In this document: positions 1-10,236 of the stretch, one piece after another
Layout of the letters: every line of letters starts with the position of its first letter
Numbering within the stretch: position 1 is the stretch's first letter
Assembly (NCBI GenBank): GCA_041599135.1
Contig: JBFHXD010000002.1
Location: forward strand, 1 to 56,762
DNA from: Candidatus Methylomirabilales bacterium
GTDB taxonomy: Bacteria > Methylomirabilota > Methylomirabilia > Methylomirabilales > CSP1-5
DNA length: 56,762 bases
Reading direction: 5' to 3'
Made by a program: the position numbers and the translations under genes
Notes under the pieces: model-generated
Told to the model about the DNA's origin: nothing
Databases searched by the model: none
The model's input: the letters and a program-made list of their open reading frames with translations, nothing else

Positions 1-338
1 GAGAAGCCCAGTGCCGCATGCATCAGTACCTCGCTTCGCAGATAGCGTTGTACACTCCTGCCAGAGGCCGGAACTCGATCCGGGCCAACCACCGCATAGT
101 GCAGCAGCCCGCCCGCTATCGTCATCAGGAACAGGGCCGCACCGTAGTAGCGCAAACCGTCACGGAAGCCCCAGAAATTCTGCCAAGCCTCCCCAGGCCG
201 CAGCGTTGCCCAGACCTCAAAGCCTCCCGGAGCGATGACCTGTTGCGGGCTCACCGTGAAGTATCCCCAGGCTCCGACGACGACGCCGAGGCCGGCCAAC
301 AACGTCGCAGCCATCACGAGCCATGCTCGCCATTTCAT
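1..338 (-). CDS. Partial hypothetical membrane protein (C-terminus lies outside the window)
   Basis: Minus-strand frame runs open to the window edge, so it is absent from the ORF track. ATG at 338-336 is preceded by GAGGAGG. Translation begins MKWRAWLVMAATLLAGLGVVVGAWGYFTV..., a hydrophobic N-terminus. Lies directly downstream of the receiver gene at 432-854. Confidence 0.45.
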   Translation of the reverse strand, partial: MKWRAWLVMAATLLAGLGVVVGAWGYFTVSPQQVIAPGGFEVWATLRPGEAWQNFWGFRDGLRYYGAALFLMTIAGGLLHYAVVGPDRVPASGRSVQRYLRSEVLMHAALGF

Positions 339-431
339 CGCAAACCTCCTCAGGCCCTCCCGGGCCTCCGCCGCGTCGGCGTCTCTGAACGGACACCAAT
401 CTCGGGGGGTCAGCCTCCTCGGGGGTCCCCC

Positions 432-854
432 TCATGACCACAAGGATGCGTCCCGTGCACTTCCCAGCGCCCTTTGGACTTCACGCTGCAGCTCCTCACT
501 CCGAAATGGTTTGGTGAGGTAGGCCGCCGCCCCCAGTTCGATGGCCCGAGCATAGCTTCCCCAATTTCCAAACGCGGTGATGACTAAAACGGGAATATCG
601 GGCCGCCGTTCCTGGAGTCGCTGGAGGAGTACGAGCCCATCCATGCCAGGCATCAGCATGTCCGTGATGACCAGCGCGCACGGGTGACGCTCGACGTACT
701 CCAGGGCTTCCCTGCCATCGCCCGCGACATCCACCGTATACCCTTGGCGGCGAAGAAGCCGACGGAGCCCCTCGCGCGTATCCTCATCATTTTCGACAAG
801 TAAAATCGTGCCCGTCCTCACGGACTCCTCCACTGCAGCCCTGGCGCCGTCCAC
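432..854 (-). CDS. Single-domain CheY-like response regulator receiver
   Basis: ILLVENDED acidic pocket, phospho-acceptor context LVITDMLMPGMDG, and the conserved K in YLTKPF. No output domain (140 aa). Confidence 0.85.
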   Translation of the reverse strand: MDGARAAVEESVRTGTILLVENDEDTREGLRRLLRRQGYTVDVAGDGREALEYVERHPCALVITDMLMPGMDGLVLLQRLQERRPDIPVLVITAFGNWGSYARAIELGAAAYLTKPFRSEELQREVQRALGSARDASLWS

Positions 855-1256
855 ATGCCCACGCCACGCGGCTCAAAAAGTGATCCTTTCAATGAAGTCA
901 GGCAGCAAGCCAGGTGCCACCGGGTGACGCCGGCGCCGCCCGAGTGCTAACCGCCGAATTCCTGAGGGAAAGCGAGACGAAGACGGGAGGGACGGAGCGG
1001 AATTTCCTCAATCAAATTGAGGCACCCCTGCCCCACGCCGTAAAAGGAGGGAGGCGCCCGAGCGCGAGAAATGGCGGTCTTGTGGGCAGAAGCGCTCTGC
1101 GGCTCTTCGGGACAGGTGTGCCCCAACGCGGGCGGTTTGTCCCAGGGGAGCGCGCCCCTCGGGAGGGACGGGCTGGGAGCGCCTTATAATAATAAGGATA
1201 GGGGAATGCTATGCAGAACCGCATGGGGCGAGGGTGCCCCAGAGAGGAAAGAGGCC

Positions 1257-1312
1257 TTGACGGGAGGTGTGTGCATTCTATTTTTTCTAGTGGACATAGC
1301 TAGTGGACACAG
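1257..1312 (+). promoter_or_regulatory. Candidate sigma70-type promoter followed by a tandem 13-nt direct repeat
   Basis: TTGACG (1257-1262), a 16-nt spacer, then TATTTT (1279-1284). Immediately followed by CTAGTGGACATAG and CTAGTGGACACAG (1287-1312). About 80 nt upstream of the 1395 gene. Confidence 0.25.
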
Positions 1313-1394
1313 AACGAAAGGGGGGATGTTTCGCCAACACGATGGGGACGTGCCCGGTCGTCGTAACGTCTATGTCAAAGCGTGAGAAAGGAGA

Positions 1395-1727
1395 GTGGTG
1401 CAAGTGGTCTCGAGAAAAGCGGGTGTGGGTCTCGCCTTGCTGGTGGCAAGCGTCCTCCCCTTCCAATCAGCATGGGCGGGCATCCAGAAATGGGGTGATA
1501 TCGGGACTGTGGCGGCCGTCGCTGTTGACAGCCGGACAATCGTCGTGGAGATTCCCCGAGGAACTGACAGCTTGACGGTGGGCGCCGAGGTGTTAGCGGA
1601 TGCGATCCTCAAGGCAGATGGGCAGGCGATCAACCTGGCCGATATCCAAGTGGGGGATCAGGTTCGCATCGAGTGGAGCCGCAGCGATGAGGGCGTTGTC
1701 GCCCACAAGATCATCGTGACCAAATGA
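1395..1727 (+). CDS. Small secreted hypothetical protein
   Basis: GTG start after AAAGGAGAG. N-terminal signal-peptide-like segment (GVGLALLVASVLPFQSAWA). 110 aa, no recognisable catalytic motif. Confidence 0.55.
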   Translation: MVQVVSRKAGVGLALLVASVLPFQSAWAGIQKWGDIGTVAAVAVDSRTIVVEIPRGTDSLTVGAEVLADAILKADGQAINLADIQVGDQVRIEWSRSDEGVVAHKIIVTK

Positions 1728-1837
1728 CGACGACGAATACGCGTGCACTCGGTTGACACACGGCCCGTGTGCGAGTTGATCCCCCCATATCTCAGGGGCT
1801 CCTTGACAAAGGGGCTCCTGCCTTGTTTTATCCCCCT

Positions 1838-2344
1838 TCACCGCCGTCCTCGGCTGCTCTCAGCCCGGGGGGTGCGGCGATCCTCCAACGGCTTGCGTTG
1901 CCGGGCACGAGTTTCCCCGGGGGAACCCGCCTTTGTCTTCTCCTCGCCGGCCATGGCTCGTAAGAGATCGATGGTGGTGATGATTCCAACCAGCGATGAA
2001 CCGCGAACGACCGGCAGACAGCCGATGCGATGCTCGACCATGAGTCGGGCTGCCCGATGCGTCCGGGTATCTGGCGTCACCGAGTGGACCCGCCGGGTCA
2101 TGACCTCGCCCACCTTCACCTGGACCCACGCGGCGGTGAATCGTGCTATGTCATCAGGCGCGGCCAGCGACGAGGGGAGCAAATGACGAAGATCCCGATC
2201 AGTAATGATTCCCACGAGCCGCTTTCCCTGGACGACCGGAAGGTGCCGGATTTGATGAGTCTGAAATAGGTCTTGCACCTTTCGGAGAGTTGTGTCAGGC
2301 CGGACCGTGATCGGATTCAGGGTCATATACTGTTCGACCACCAT
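1838..2344 (-). CDS. CBS-pair domain protein
   Basis: Two CBS repeats (IRHLPVVQGKRLVGIITDRDL and IGCLPVVRGSSLVGIITTIDL). Start chosen at the ATG preceded by AAGGAGG; the longer track ORF (to 2506) looks like an N-terminal over-extension. Confidence 0.8.
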   Translation of the reverse strand: MVVEQYMTLNPITVRPDTTLRKVQDLFQTHQIRHLPVVQGKRLVGIITDRDLRHLLPSSLAAPDDIARFTAAWVQVKVGEVMTRRVHSVTPDTRTHRAARLMVEHRIGCLPVVRGSSLVGIITTIDLLRAMAGEEKTKAGSPGETRARQRKPLEDRRTPRAESSRGRR

Positions 2345-2490
2345 GTTCTCCTCCTTGACCCACTGAGGTGTCATGTCTTTTTCGCCAGCCAAAAGAAAAA
2401 AACGGGGCGGAGCAATCTCCGCCTCCGCTCTCTCTATTGCCCCTTGTGACTGCACGTGGCTTGGTTCCACAGCGGTCAGATTGGCCTTCC

Positions 2491-2973
2491 CTATTTGATC
2501 GCCCAAACCTCCTGCTCATCCAGCTGCCTGAGCAGGCTGCGGAACGCCCGGACCATCAGCACGGGCCGCGTCGAGGCCTTGAGGACCTTCTCGGCCACGC
2601 TGCCCAGATCGAACTTATCGAAGCCGGTGGTCCCGTGGCTCATCATCGCGATGAGGTCCGCGTTTTCCTGCTCAGCCACCATGAGGATCTCCACCGCCGG
2701 CTCGCCCACCAGCACCTCGAGTTTTGTCGTAATACCAGTGTCCTGCAGGCGCTTGGCCACCCCCTCGAGGTACTTGGCTGCCTGTGCCCGGTCAGCGTCC
2801 ACCCAGTTACGGGCTTCGGTGGGCGCCTCGGCAGCAATCGAGGCATGTCTGGGGTCAGTCGTACGCAGCAGGAGCACCTCGGCGCCACTGACCTTGGCGA
2901 TCGGCTCTACGTGCGGTAGAATCCGCTCGGCCAACTCCGACCCATCTAGGGGTACCAGAATCCGCTTATACAT
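2491..2973 (-). CDS. Universal stress protein (UspA family)
   Basis: MYKRILVPLDGSELAE start typical of Usp proteins, plus the C-terminal ATP-binding-type motif MMSHGTTGFDKFDLGSVAEKV. Start moved to the internal ATG. Confidence 0.85.
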   Translation of the reverse strand: MYKRILVPLDGSELAERILPHVEPIAKVSGAEVLLLRTTDPRHASIAAEAPTEARNWVDADRAQAAKYLEGVAKRLQDTGITTKLEVLVGEPAVEILMVAEQENADLIAMMSHGTTGFDKFDLGSVAEKVLKASTRPVLMVRAFRSLLRQLDEQEVWAIK

Positions 2974-3245
2974 CTTACTCCCTCCTTTCGCGGGTCCATC
3001 CCTCCAACCGGACCCTTTCACCACACCTCACTTCGCCCACTGCCACCTTCATCCAAGAGCAAGCTGTATTCCGAGTCGCAAAGAGCATTAACCTAGCATT
3101 TTTAAAGGCTTCGTCCAACAGGCCGAGCGGGATGTGGGGTACCCGTGTCCAGACCGAGATTCGGCTTGTCCCGCGAAGCCTTTATTTTCATTTGCCAACC
3201 ATTGGGGCTCGCTTTCCTCAGTGGGACAGCCTCGCCCCATGCCTT

Positions 3246-4193
3246 TCACATTAGTGATGCCTCGCCAGAGACCTCTTTCGTCGCCCGAATGACCAGGACC
3301 GGATCCGTCGAATGCCGCACGACCCGGTCGGCCACACTGCCACGGATCCAGCGATCGATCCCGGAAACGCCGTGGGTGGTCATAGCCACCATGCAATGTG
3401 GGAGCTCCCGGGACAGGTCCATGATGGTCCCACCGGGATGACCATGCACCACACGCCCTTCCACCGAAGCGAGGCCCTGCTCACGCAGCCTCTCGCACAC
3501 GGTTTCAATATACTCCTGGGCCTCGGCGTCCCCCTTCTCGATCAGGCCTTCAATACGAGCCAGGGGATAGCCTGCAAAGTCAGAGGCCGGCAAAGGATAT
3601 TCCTCTGCAGACTGGGTCACCTTGAGCAGAATGACATTCAACCCGAGGGCCGTGGCAAGCGCGACCGCGTGGGGGAGCGCCTGCTCTGCAACGGTCGACC
3701 CATCCAGAGGAACGAGCAGCGAACGCAGCTTTACCTCTGATGTGTTGCCTTGCCGGTCCTGAACTCGGACAATGAGGATCGGGTGGCTGGTCGCGTGCAG
3801 CACCTTATCGGTCGTGCTCCCTAATACCCAGCGCGTCATTCCAGATCGGCCATGCGTACACATCGCAACCATCGTGTCGGGTATCGTCTCGGACTCCTGC
3901 ACGATGGACGGTGCGGGGTTCCCCTCATGTACGATGGTTGACACCGTCAGCCCATCCTTCCGCAAGCCGGCGGCCACGCTCTCGAGATAATCCTGCATCT
4001 GGGTGCGTACGCTGGTGATGATCCGATCGAGGTACAGACCATGCGCGGGGTCCGCGAGGCTCGGCGAGACAGGTTCGAAGACCCGGAGAAGTTCAACCCG
4101 GGCTCCAAGCCCCTTGCCCAACATGCGGACGTAGGGCAGCACCTGCTCCGCCAGCTCGGACCCATCCAGGGGAACGAGTATCCGCCGATACAT
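3246..4193 (-). CDS. Tandem (two-domain) universal stress protein
   Basis: Two Usp units, each with ILVPLDGS.. and ..THGRSG/THGVSG...GS motifs. 315 aa. Confidence 0.85.
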   Translation of the reverse strand: MYRRILVPLDGSELAEQVLPYVRMLGKGLGARVELLRVFEPVSPSLADPAHGLYLDRIITSVRTQMQDYLESVAAGLRKDGLTVSTIVHEGNPAPSIVQESETIPDTMVAMCTHGRSGMTRWVLGSTTDKVLHATSHPILIVRVQDRQGNTSEVKLRSLLVPLDGSTVAEQALPHAVALATALGLNVILLKVTQSAEEYPLPASDFAGYPLARIEGLIEKGDAEAQEYIETVCERLREQGLASVEGRVVHGHPGGTIMDLSRELPHCMVAMTTHGVSGIDRWIRGSVADRVVRHSTDPVLVIRATKEVSGEASLM

Positions 4194-4208
4194 TGCCTCT
4201 CACCCCTT

Positions 4209-4676
4209 TCACGAACGCACTGCGCTGCGGAGCCTTTCCGCCCTCCCCCCCAGGTGCTCCTTACTGATCCCCGCAAGGACCGCTCGACCCAAATTCGCGA
4301 TCTCGTCGCCGACGACGACCAAGACCTCGTCGAGGGTGATAATGCTCACAAGTCGCCCTCTTCCATCGACGACCGGCACCCGACGGATACCGCGGGCGCG
4401 CATTCGCTCGGTAACGTCCGCGAGCGGTGTCCCCTCACGGGCCACGACCAGGTCTGTGCTCATGATGTCTCGAGCCCGCAGCGAGAGAGGATCGCGGTCC
4501 GGTGCCACAACGCGTGACACCACGTCCCGGTCGGTGACGATCCCCACCGGCCGGTCCTTCTCTGTGATGATCACAGCCCCCACGTGCCGGTCCCGCATCA
4601 GGACCGCGAGCGTCCGCACGCTCGTCTCGGGAGCTGCCGTAACCAGGGCTTTTCGAATCTTGACCTTGGCACTCAT
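4209..4676 (-). CDS. CBS-pair domain protein
   Basis: Two CBS repeats (VGAVIITEKDRPVGIVTDRDV and IRRVPVVDGRGRLVSIITLDEV). 155 aa. Confidence 0.85.
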   Translation of the reverse strand: MSAKVKIRKALVTAAPETSVRTLAVLMRDRHVGAVIITEKDRPVGIVTDRDVVSRVVAPDRDPLSLRARDIMSTDLVVAREGTPLADVTERMRARGIRRVPVVDGRGRLVSIITLDEVLVVVGDEIANLGRAVLAGISKEHLGGRAERLRSAVRS

Positions 4677-4725
4677 CGTCGCCTCCCTTCGTTGTGTCAG
4701 GAAGGGGCGGCCAACACATCCCTCA

Positions 4726-6552
4726 CTAACTCACGACACCGGCGAACCGATTCTCCTCATGGCCCAGAATTTCCCGGAGCTCTTCACCCTCGATCACCTC
4801 CCGGTCCAGGAGGAGCTTGGCCAGTCGATGAAGCATCTCTTGCTTTTCTTTGAGGATCGTCCGCGCCCGCTCGCACGCCTCCTGCACGAGCACCTTCACC
4901 TCCTCATCGATGACCCGAGCGGTCTCCTCGGCATATTCGCGAACGGCGGGAAGGCTTTCGGGCAGGAAGAGTGGGCGCCGTGTCTGTTCAAAGGAGACCG
5001 GACCAAGTCTCTCGCTCATTCCGTACGCGGCCACCATGCGCCGGGCGATATCCGTCGCTTTGAGCAGGTCATCCTGGGCGCCTGTAGAGACTTCGTGGAA
5101 AATAAGCTCCTCGGCGCACCGCCCCGCGAGGAGCACGGTCAGGCGCTCGAGCAGTTCAGACCGGGTCAGCAGGTATCGGTCCTCGGTGGGAAGCTGCAGC
5201 GTGTAGCCGAGGGCGGCGATGCCCCTCGGGATAATGGAGACTTTATGAACAGGATCCGTATGCGGGAGAGAACTCGCCACCAGCGCATGGCCCGACTCGT
5301 GGTACGCGACGATTTCCTTCTCTTTGGCGCTGATGACTCGCGCCTTTTTCTCGAGACCGGCCAGCACCCGGTCGATCGCCTCCTCGAGGTCCCCCATCTC
5401 CACCTCGGTCTTGTTCCACCGGGCAGCCAACAGGGCTGCCTCGTTCATGACGTTCGCCAAATCGGCGCCCGCAAATCCGGGGGTCCGTGCCGCGATGATC
5501 TTGAGCTCTACTTTGTGGGAGAGCTTGACGTTTTTCGCGTGCACCTGCAGGATGGCCTCCCGGCCCTTCACATCAGGACGGTCGACCAAGACCTGTCGGT
5601 CAAACCGGCCAGGCCTGAGCAGCGCAGGATCCAGGATCTCGGGGCGATTGGTGGCCGCCACGATGATGACCCCCTTCCGGGGGTCGAAACCGTCCATTTC
5701 GGCCAGGAGCTGGTTCAGGGTCTGCTCGCGTTCATCGTGGCTGACCTGGGGGCTGATGCCCCTCGCCTTCCCCAGGGCGTCAAGCTCGTCGATAAACACG
5801 ATGCAGGGAGCCCTGGCCATGGCTTGCTGGAAGAGATCCCGCACCCGGGCTGCCCCCACACCCACGAACATCTCGACGAACTCCGAGCCGGAGATGGAGA
5901 AGAAGGGCACCTTCGCCTCCCCCGCCACCGCCCGCGCCAAGAGGGTTTTGCCGGTCCCGGGGGGGCCGACGAGGAGAACCCCCTTCGGAATCTTGCCACC
6001 GAGCACCTGAAACTTCTGGGGATTCCGCAGAAATTCGACGACCTCCTCAAGCTCCTCCTTGGCCTCGTCCACGCCTGCGACATCGTCAAAGGTCGTCTTG
6101 GTTTCATCCTGGACATAGAGCTTGGCCTTACTTCGGCCCACGGAGAGCAGCCCCTGCGGCGGTCCCATCCGCTGGTAGAGCATCCTGAAAAGGAAGAAGA
6201 CGAGGAAGAGGGGAAGCATCCAGATGAAAAGATCCCTCAGCCAGGATGTCTCCATGGTCCCCACGAAGCTAATCCGCCTCTCTTCCAGCTCACTAACCAG
6301 GCCAGGGTCCTCTACGCGGATCGTGTAAAAAGCCTTGCCTTCCTCGGACGGCTTTTTCGGATCCACTATCCTCCCCTGGACCGTTTGCGATGAAATCGCA
6401 AGATCCTCCACCTGTCTCGCCGCCACCAGTCGCTTGAACTCACTATAGGGGATCTGCTGACCGCGTTGCTCGAACATCAGGTTGAGGCCGATAAGGAGCG
6501 CCAGCAGCGGCAGAAGAAGGTACCACAACGGAATGCGCGTATCCTTGTTCAT
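4726..6552 (-). CDS. ftsH: ATP-dependent zinc metalloprotease FtsH
   Basis: N-terminal TM segments, Walker A GPPGTGKT, Walker [12 protein letters not shown] region, and zinc motif HESGHAL. 608 aa. Confidence 0.97.
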   Translation of the reverse strand: MNKDTRIPLWYLLLPLLALLIGLNLMFEQRGQQIPYSEFKRLVAARQVEDLAISSQTVQGRIVDPKKPSEEGKAFYTIRVEDPGLVSELEERRISFVGTMETSWLRDLFIWMLPLFLVFFLFRMLYQRMGPPQGLLSVGRSKAKLYVQDETKTTFDDVAGVDEAKEELEEVVEFLRNPQKFQVLGGKIPKGVLLVGPPGTGKTLLARAVAGEAKVPFFSISGSEFVEMFVGVGAARVRDLFQQAMARAPCIVFIDELDALGKARGISPQVSHDEREQTLNQLLAEMDGFDPRKGVIIVAATNRPEILDPALLRPGRFDRQVLVDRPDVKGREAILQVHAKNVKLSHKVELKIIAARTPGFAGADLANVMNEAALLAARWNKTEVEMGDLEEAIDRVLAGLEKKARVISAKEKEIVAYHESGHALVASSLPHTDPVHKVSIIPRGIAALGYTLQLPTEDRYLLTRSELLERLTVLLAGRCAEELIFHEVSTGAQDDLLKATDIARRMVAAYGMSERLGPVSFEQTRRPLFLPESLPAVREYAEETARVIDEEVKVLVQEACERARTILKEKQEMLHRLAKLLLDREVIEGEELREILGHEENRFAGVVS

Positions 6553-6667
6553 GTCATTCCCTATTTCTCAGACCGTTGCCCGAATGAGGCACACCGGGCA
6601 CGGTCACATCGCGCTCATCTCATGACCCGTTCGATCACCACGGGCAAACACCCGCGCAGGGCTCTTT

Positions 6668-7135
6668 CTATACGCCCGTGGAGAACTTGAGCACCGTGGG
6701 CTTCACCAGCCGCTCAAAATCAGCAAACGCCAGCTTCACCACCTCCGTGTGGCTCCCCGCGTTGAACGCGATCTCCTTGCTTTCCGCCAGACTCTGTGCC
6801 ACCAGCACTGGCAGCCCGTAGAGGTTCCCAAACGGCGGCATCGCCCCGGTCTCGCAATCGGGAAATAGTTTGGCGAACTCGGCCTCGGTGGCCAACCCGA
6901 CGGTGGAGGCGCCAACCGCCTCTCGCAACCGATCCAGATCGACCTTGTACGCGGCGGGGAGGACTGCCATTTTCATCGCGCCGTCCACTTTGATCATGAC
7001 CGTTTTTGCCAGGGCCTTGCCCGGGATATGTGTGGCCGCGGCAATCTCCTGCGCCGTGTAGGCTGAGGAATGGCTCATGGTGACGTAGCGCACCTGCTGC
7101 TCGTCCAGAAACGCCTTCAGTCTGCTGACTGGCAT
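6668..7135 (-). CDS. YbaK/ProX-type aminoacyl-tRNA deacylase domain protein
   Basis: 155 aa. Layout and motifs (KTVMIKVDG..., MPPFGNLYG) resemble the YbaK/EbsC-associated domain. Assignment is from memory of the family. Confidence 0.7.
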   Translation of the reverse strand: MPVSRLKAFLDEQQVRYVTMSHSSAYTAQEIAAATHIPGKALAKTVMIKVDGAMKMAVLPAAYKVDLDRLREAVGASTVGLATEAEFAKLFPDCETGAMPPFGNLYGLPVLVAQSLAESKEIAFNAGSHTEVVKLAFADFERLVKPTVLKFSTGV

Positions 7136-7761
7136 GGCCGACCTCCTTTACCTGTGCTCCATTCGCGGCCAGGCAGGCGGGTACGCCCGCTTGCCTTTCA
7201 GGTCCCTCTATCTATGAACATATGCACTTCCATTACATCCTCAAGAGCAAGCGGTGTACCGCCGTTCCTTTCGCTATCCCAGCAATTCGGTAGAGGGTAT
7301 AACCCCCTGAAAATGAGATGTTTTTGCCATCTGAACGGATCGTGCGAGATGAATGTCGGAAAAATCGAGGTCGCAAGGTGGGGCAGGGATGCCTCAGTCG
7401 GGCCGTAAGGGGTGATGTAACCTCACGTGGAATGGAAGGGATACCTGCTGAGACCCCAGTGCCCCGAGTCCCAGCACTGTCTCATGTTGCGAGGATAATC
7501 TCGGCGGAGGAAGGCGTCCGTGGAAGAAAAATGTAGTTCCTTTACTTTCAATGAATTAGTGGTTTTATTCGTCCTTCGAGGTATTAAGGGGGGAAGCGGC
7601 ACCCCGCTTGCTTCTCTGTCCGTCATAATTTCCAGCCGGATTGAGACAATTTTTTTTGACGAACAGGACGGGGAGGAGTTAGAATCGGCAGGTTTGAGCT
7701 GCCACGCTGGGGAGCTGAATCCACCCCTGAGGCTCATCGAACGCCAGGGAGAGGAGGGAGG

Positions 7762-8361
7762 GTGGTAAGAGAGCAACGGCGCGAGCAGGTCCTCGATGCA
7801 GCCAAGGCCGTCTTCGCCAAGAAGGGCTTTCACAGATCGAGCATTGCCAATATCATCCACGGGGCCGGCATCGCCCGCGGGACGTTTTATCTCTATTTCA
7901 AAAATAAGCGGGATATCTTCGATTGCCTGTTGGACTCCCTCCTCGAGCAGGTGGACCAACGCATTCCGACCATCGAGGTGGGAAAGGGAAAGCCTCCCCC
8001 CCTTGAACAGCTCAAGACCAACCTCACGCGGGTCACGACCCTGGCGCTGGAGGAGCCCGACCTGATCCAAATTCTGTTCCACCACGCCATGGGGTTGGAC
8101 AAGGAGCTCGACCGGAAGGTTCAGGCGTTCTATGAAATGCTGCGAGGGCGGATCGAAGGGGCACTGACCTTGGGAATCAAGATAGGCCTGGTCCGCCCCT
8201 GTCCCACAAGCCTGGTGGCCTATGGCGTCCTGGGGGCCATGAAAGAGGTGATGGGGCAGCTGGCCTCGAATCGGATTTCGCCTCCCGACCTCAAGGCTGT
8301 GGTGGAGGGCCTCTTGGAGTTCGGCCTCCATGGCGTCCTCGTCGAGCCGTTCGAAGGCTAA
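7762..8361 (+). CDS. TetR-family transcriptional regulator
   Basis: GTG start after GAGGAGGGAGG. N-terminal HTH region (REQVLDAAKAVFAKKGFHRSSIANIIHGAGIARGTFYLYFKNKRDIF). 199 aa. Confidence 0.9.
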   Translation: MVREQRREQVLDAAKAVFAKKGFHRSSIANIIHGAGIARGTFYLYFKNKRDIFDCLLDSLLEQVDQRIPTIEVGKGKPPPLEQLKTNLTRVTTLALEEPDLIQILFHHAMGLDKELDRKVQAFYEMLRGRIEGALTLGIKIGLVRPCPTSLVAYGVLGAMKEVMGQLASNRISPPDLKAVVEGLLEFGLHGVLVEPFEG

Positions 8362-8380
8362 AATTTTTTTAAATTTCCAC

Positions 8381-8400
8381 TAGACTGACATGTCAGTCTA
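8381..8400. promoter_or_regulatory. Perfect 20-bp palindrome, candidate TetR operator
   Basis: TAGACTGACA/TGTCAGTCTA lies 20 nt after the tetR stop and about 215 nt upstream of the next gene's ATG (8617). Confidence 0.5.
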
Positions 8401-8616
8401 TGATATGAAACGATCAATCCTGCCACCCAAGTTGGGTGACTCGACCGGCCCCTAAGGTATTACCCCAAAACCAGCCCCTCGATTCTTTGACAGCGCCAAT
8501 GCTTGCCGCCCGGCGACCGGATACGGAGCCGGACAGTTTACCCCTATATTCTGACCCGATGGGGGGAAACCGGACACGCCAACATAACAATAACAATAAA
8601 TGGTGAGGAGGAAGAC

Positions 8617-10134
8617 ATGACACAGGCAACGGTAGACCGCATCGAGCATTACCGGGCCTATAAGCCCCGGCCATTTACGAAACGGGAGCGGGATCACACG
8701 ACGATTCTTTACGGCGGCATGACCTGGCGCCACGAGGCATTGGTCCAGGGGGTTTTTGAGAATCTCGGCTACAAGGCCCTGGCCCTGCCGAACATCGAAA
8801 GAAAAGACCTGGATACCGGGAAGGAACTCATCGATACCGGAGCCTGCTGCCCGACCACCTTTACGACCGGCAACCTGGTCAACTTTCTGCAGTCGGAGTC
8901 CAGTCGAATCGGCCTGGAAGAGGTCAGGCGGAAGTACGTCTACTTTACGGCCGGAGCCTGCGGGGCGTGCCGATTCGGTCAGTACCATGCCTCCTACGAG
9001 ATGGCCCTACGCAACATTGGCCTCGGAGATTTCCGCATGTTCCTCTTTGCGCAGGACGAGCTCGACCAGGGAGACATGAGCGGAGGGGGACTGGAGTTCA
9101 CCATGCCCCTCACCATGGGGGCTATCTGGGCCGTCCTGTTGGGGGATCTCCTGACGGACCTGGATTTCCTGATCCGGCCGTATGAAGTTGTCCCCGGAAA
9201 GACAGATCACGTCGTCAAGGAGAGCATCGACTACCTCTATGACGTCTTCAAGAAAAGACCCGTCAAGGGAAAAAAGTGGGGCTCGTTAGCATGGCATCTC
9301 ACGACGGGGTACTTCACGGATGCGCTCAGGGAAGTGAAAAAGAAATTCGACACCATCGAGGTTGACCGCCTCCGGCCAAAGGCCAAGGTGGCGATCACTG
9401 GGGAGTTCTGGCTTCAGACGCACGAGGGGGACGGGAACTACAACATCAAGCGGTGGCTGGAGCAGGAAGGCGGCGAGGTGATTCCGCCTCCGATTGCGGT
9501 GTGGCTGGATTACTGGATCAAGTGGTACTTGATCACCTTGGAGCAGAAACTCGGGATCGAGAAAAATGTCCGACCGAAGATGGCGGCCGCACGGGGCCTC
9601 CAAGTGGTGTACCGGTGGTCCTACAACCGGCTCCGGCAGGCCTTAGGGGATCTCCCGTATGACCTGCCGTCTCAGGACGAGCTCCAGAGGCTCGCTGCCC
9701 CCTTTTACCACTACCATCTCTCTGGCGGAGAGGGCTACATGCTCGTTGGAAAGGCGCTGTACAAGCATCTGCATAAGAGGGCACACATGATCTGCGAGCT
9801 CTCGCCGTACTCCTGCCTGCCCAACACCATGTCCGTCGGAAGCATGGCGGGTGTGCTGGGCAAGTACCCGGATCTCTTATACGCGGCGATTGAGGTGAAG
9901 GGGGATGCCGAGGTTCATGCCCTCTCGCGGTGCCAGATGATCCTCACCGAGGCCAAAAAGCGAGCCGCGCAGGAATTTGAAGAGACGCTGGAGCGAACCG
10001 GCCTTACGGTCGACAAGATCAGAGCGGTTGAAAAGGACCACCCGGAACTCACGCGGGCGACCTATCGGGTGCCGCACAACGGGGTCGCGGGGACAGCCGC
10101 GAATTATGTCCGACATCTTGCCGAACGGATTTAG
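8617..10134 (+). CDS. 2-hydroxyacyl-CoA dehydratase-like / activase-associated protein (Cys-rich)
   Basis: ATG after GAGGAGG. ILYGGMTWRHEALVQG...DTGACCPTTFTTGNL and FTAGACGACRFGQY resemble the uncharacterised domains that flank double BadF/BcrA ATPases in giant 'CoA-substrate-specific enzyme activase' proteins. Confidence 0.65.
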   Translation: MTQATVDRIEHYRAYKPRPFTKRERDHTTILYGGMTWRHEALVQGVFENLGYKALALPNIERKDLDTGKELIDTGACCPTTFTTGNLVNFLQSESSRIGLEEVRRKYVYFTAGACGACRFGQYHASYEMALRNIGLGDFRMFLFAQDELDQGDMSGGGLEFTMPLTMGAIWAVLLGDLLTDLDFLIRPYEVVPGKTDHVVKESIDYLYDVFKKRPVKGKKWGSLAWHLTTGYFTDALREVKKKFDTIEVDRLRPKAKVAITGEFWLQTHEGDGNYNIKRWLEQEGGEVIPPPIAVWLDYWIKWYLITLEQKLGIEKNVRPKMAAARGLQVVYRWSYNRLRQALGDLPYDLPSQDELQRLAAPFYHYHLSGGEGYMLVGKALYKHLHKRAHMICELSPYSCLPNTMSVGSMAGVLGKYPDLLYAAIEVKGDAEVHALSRCQMILTEAKKRAAQEFEETLERTGLTVDKIRAVEKDHPELTRATYRVPHNGVAGTAANYVRHLAERI

Positions 10135-10236
10135 CAAAAGCTAAGCCGTCAGCTGTCAGCAATCAGCCAAGACGACCTGAGCCTGAAAGCTGACAGCGGA
10201 CTGCTGATAGCTGACCGCTGATAAGGGAGAGAGGCA

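Noticed and set aside
4336-6393. 685-aa plus-strand ORF
   Set aside because: It lies entirely antisense to the unmistakable ftsH gene. The translation is low-complexity (R/P/S/L-rich) with no domain. It is a typical high-GC shadow ORF.
7423-8331. 302-aa minus-strand ORF
   Set aside because: It is antisense to the TetR gene and runs into the non-coding gap. It has no motifs, whereas the plus-strand frame has a clear HTH.
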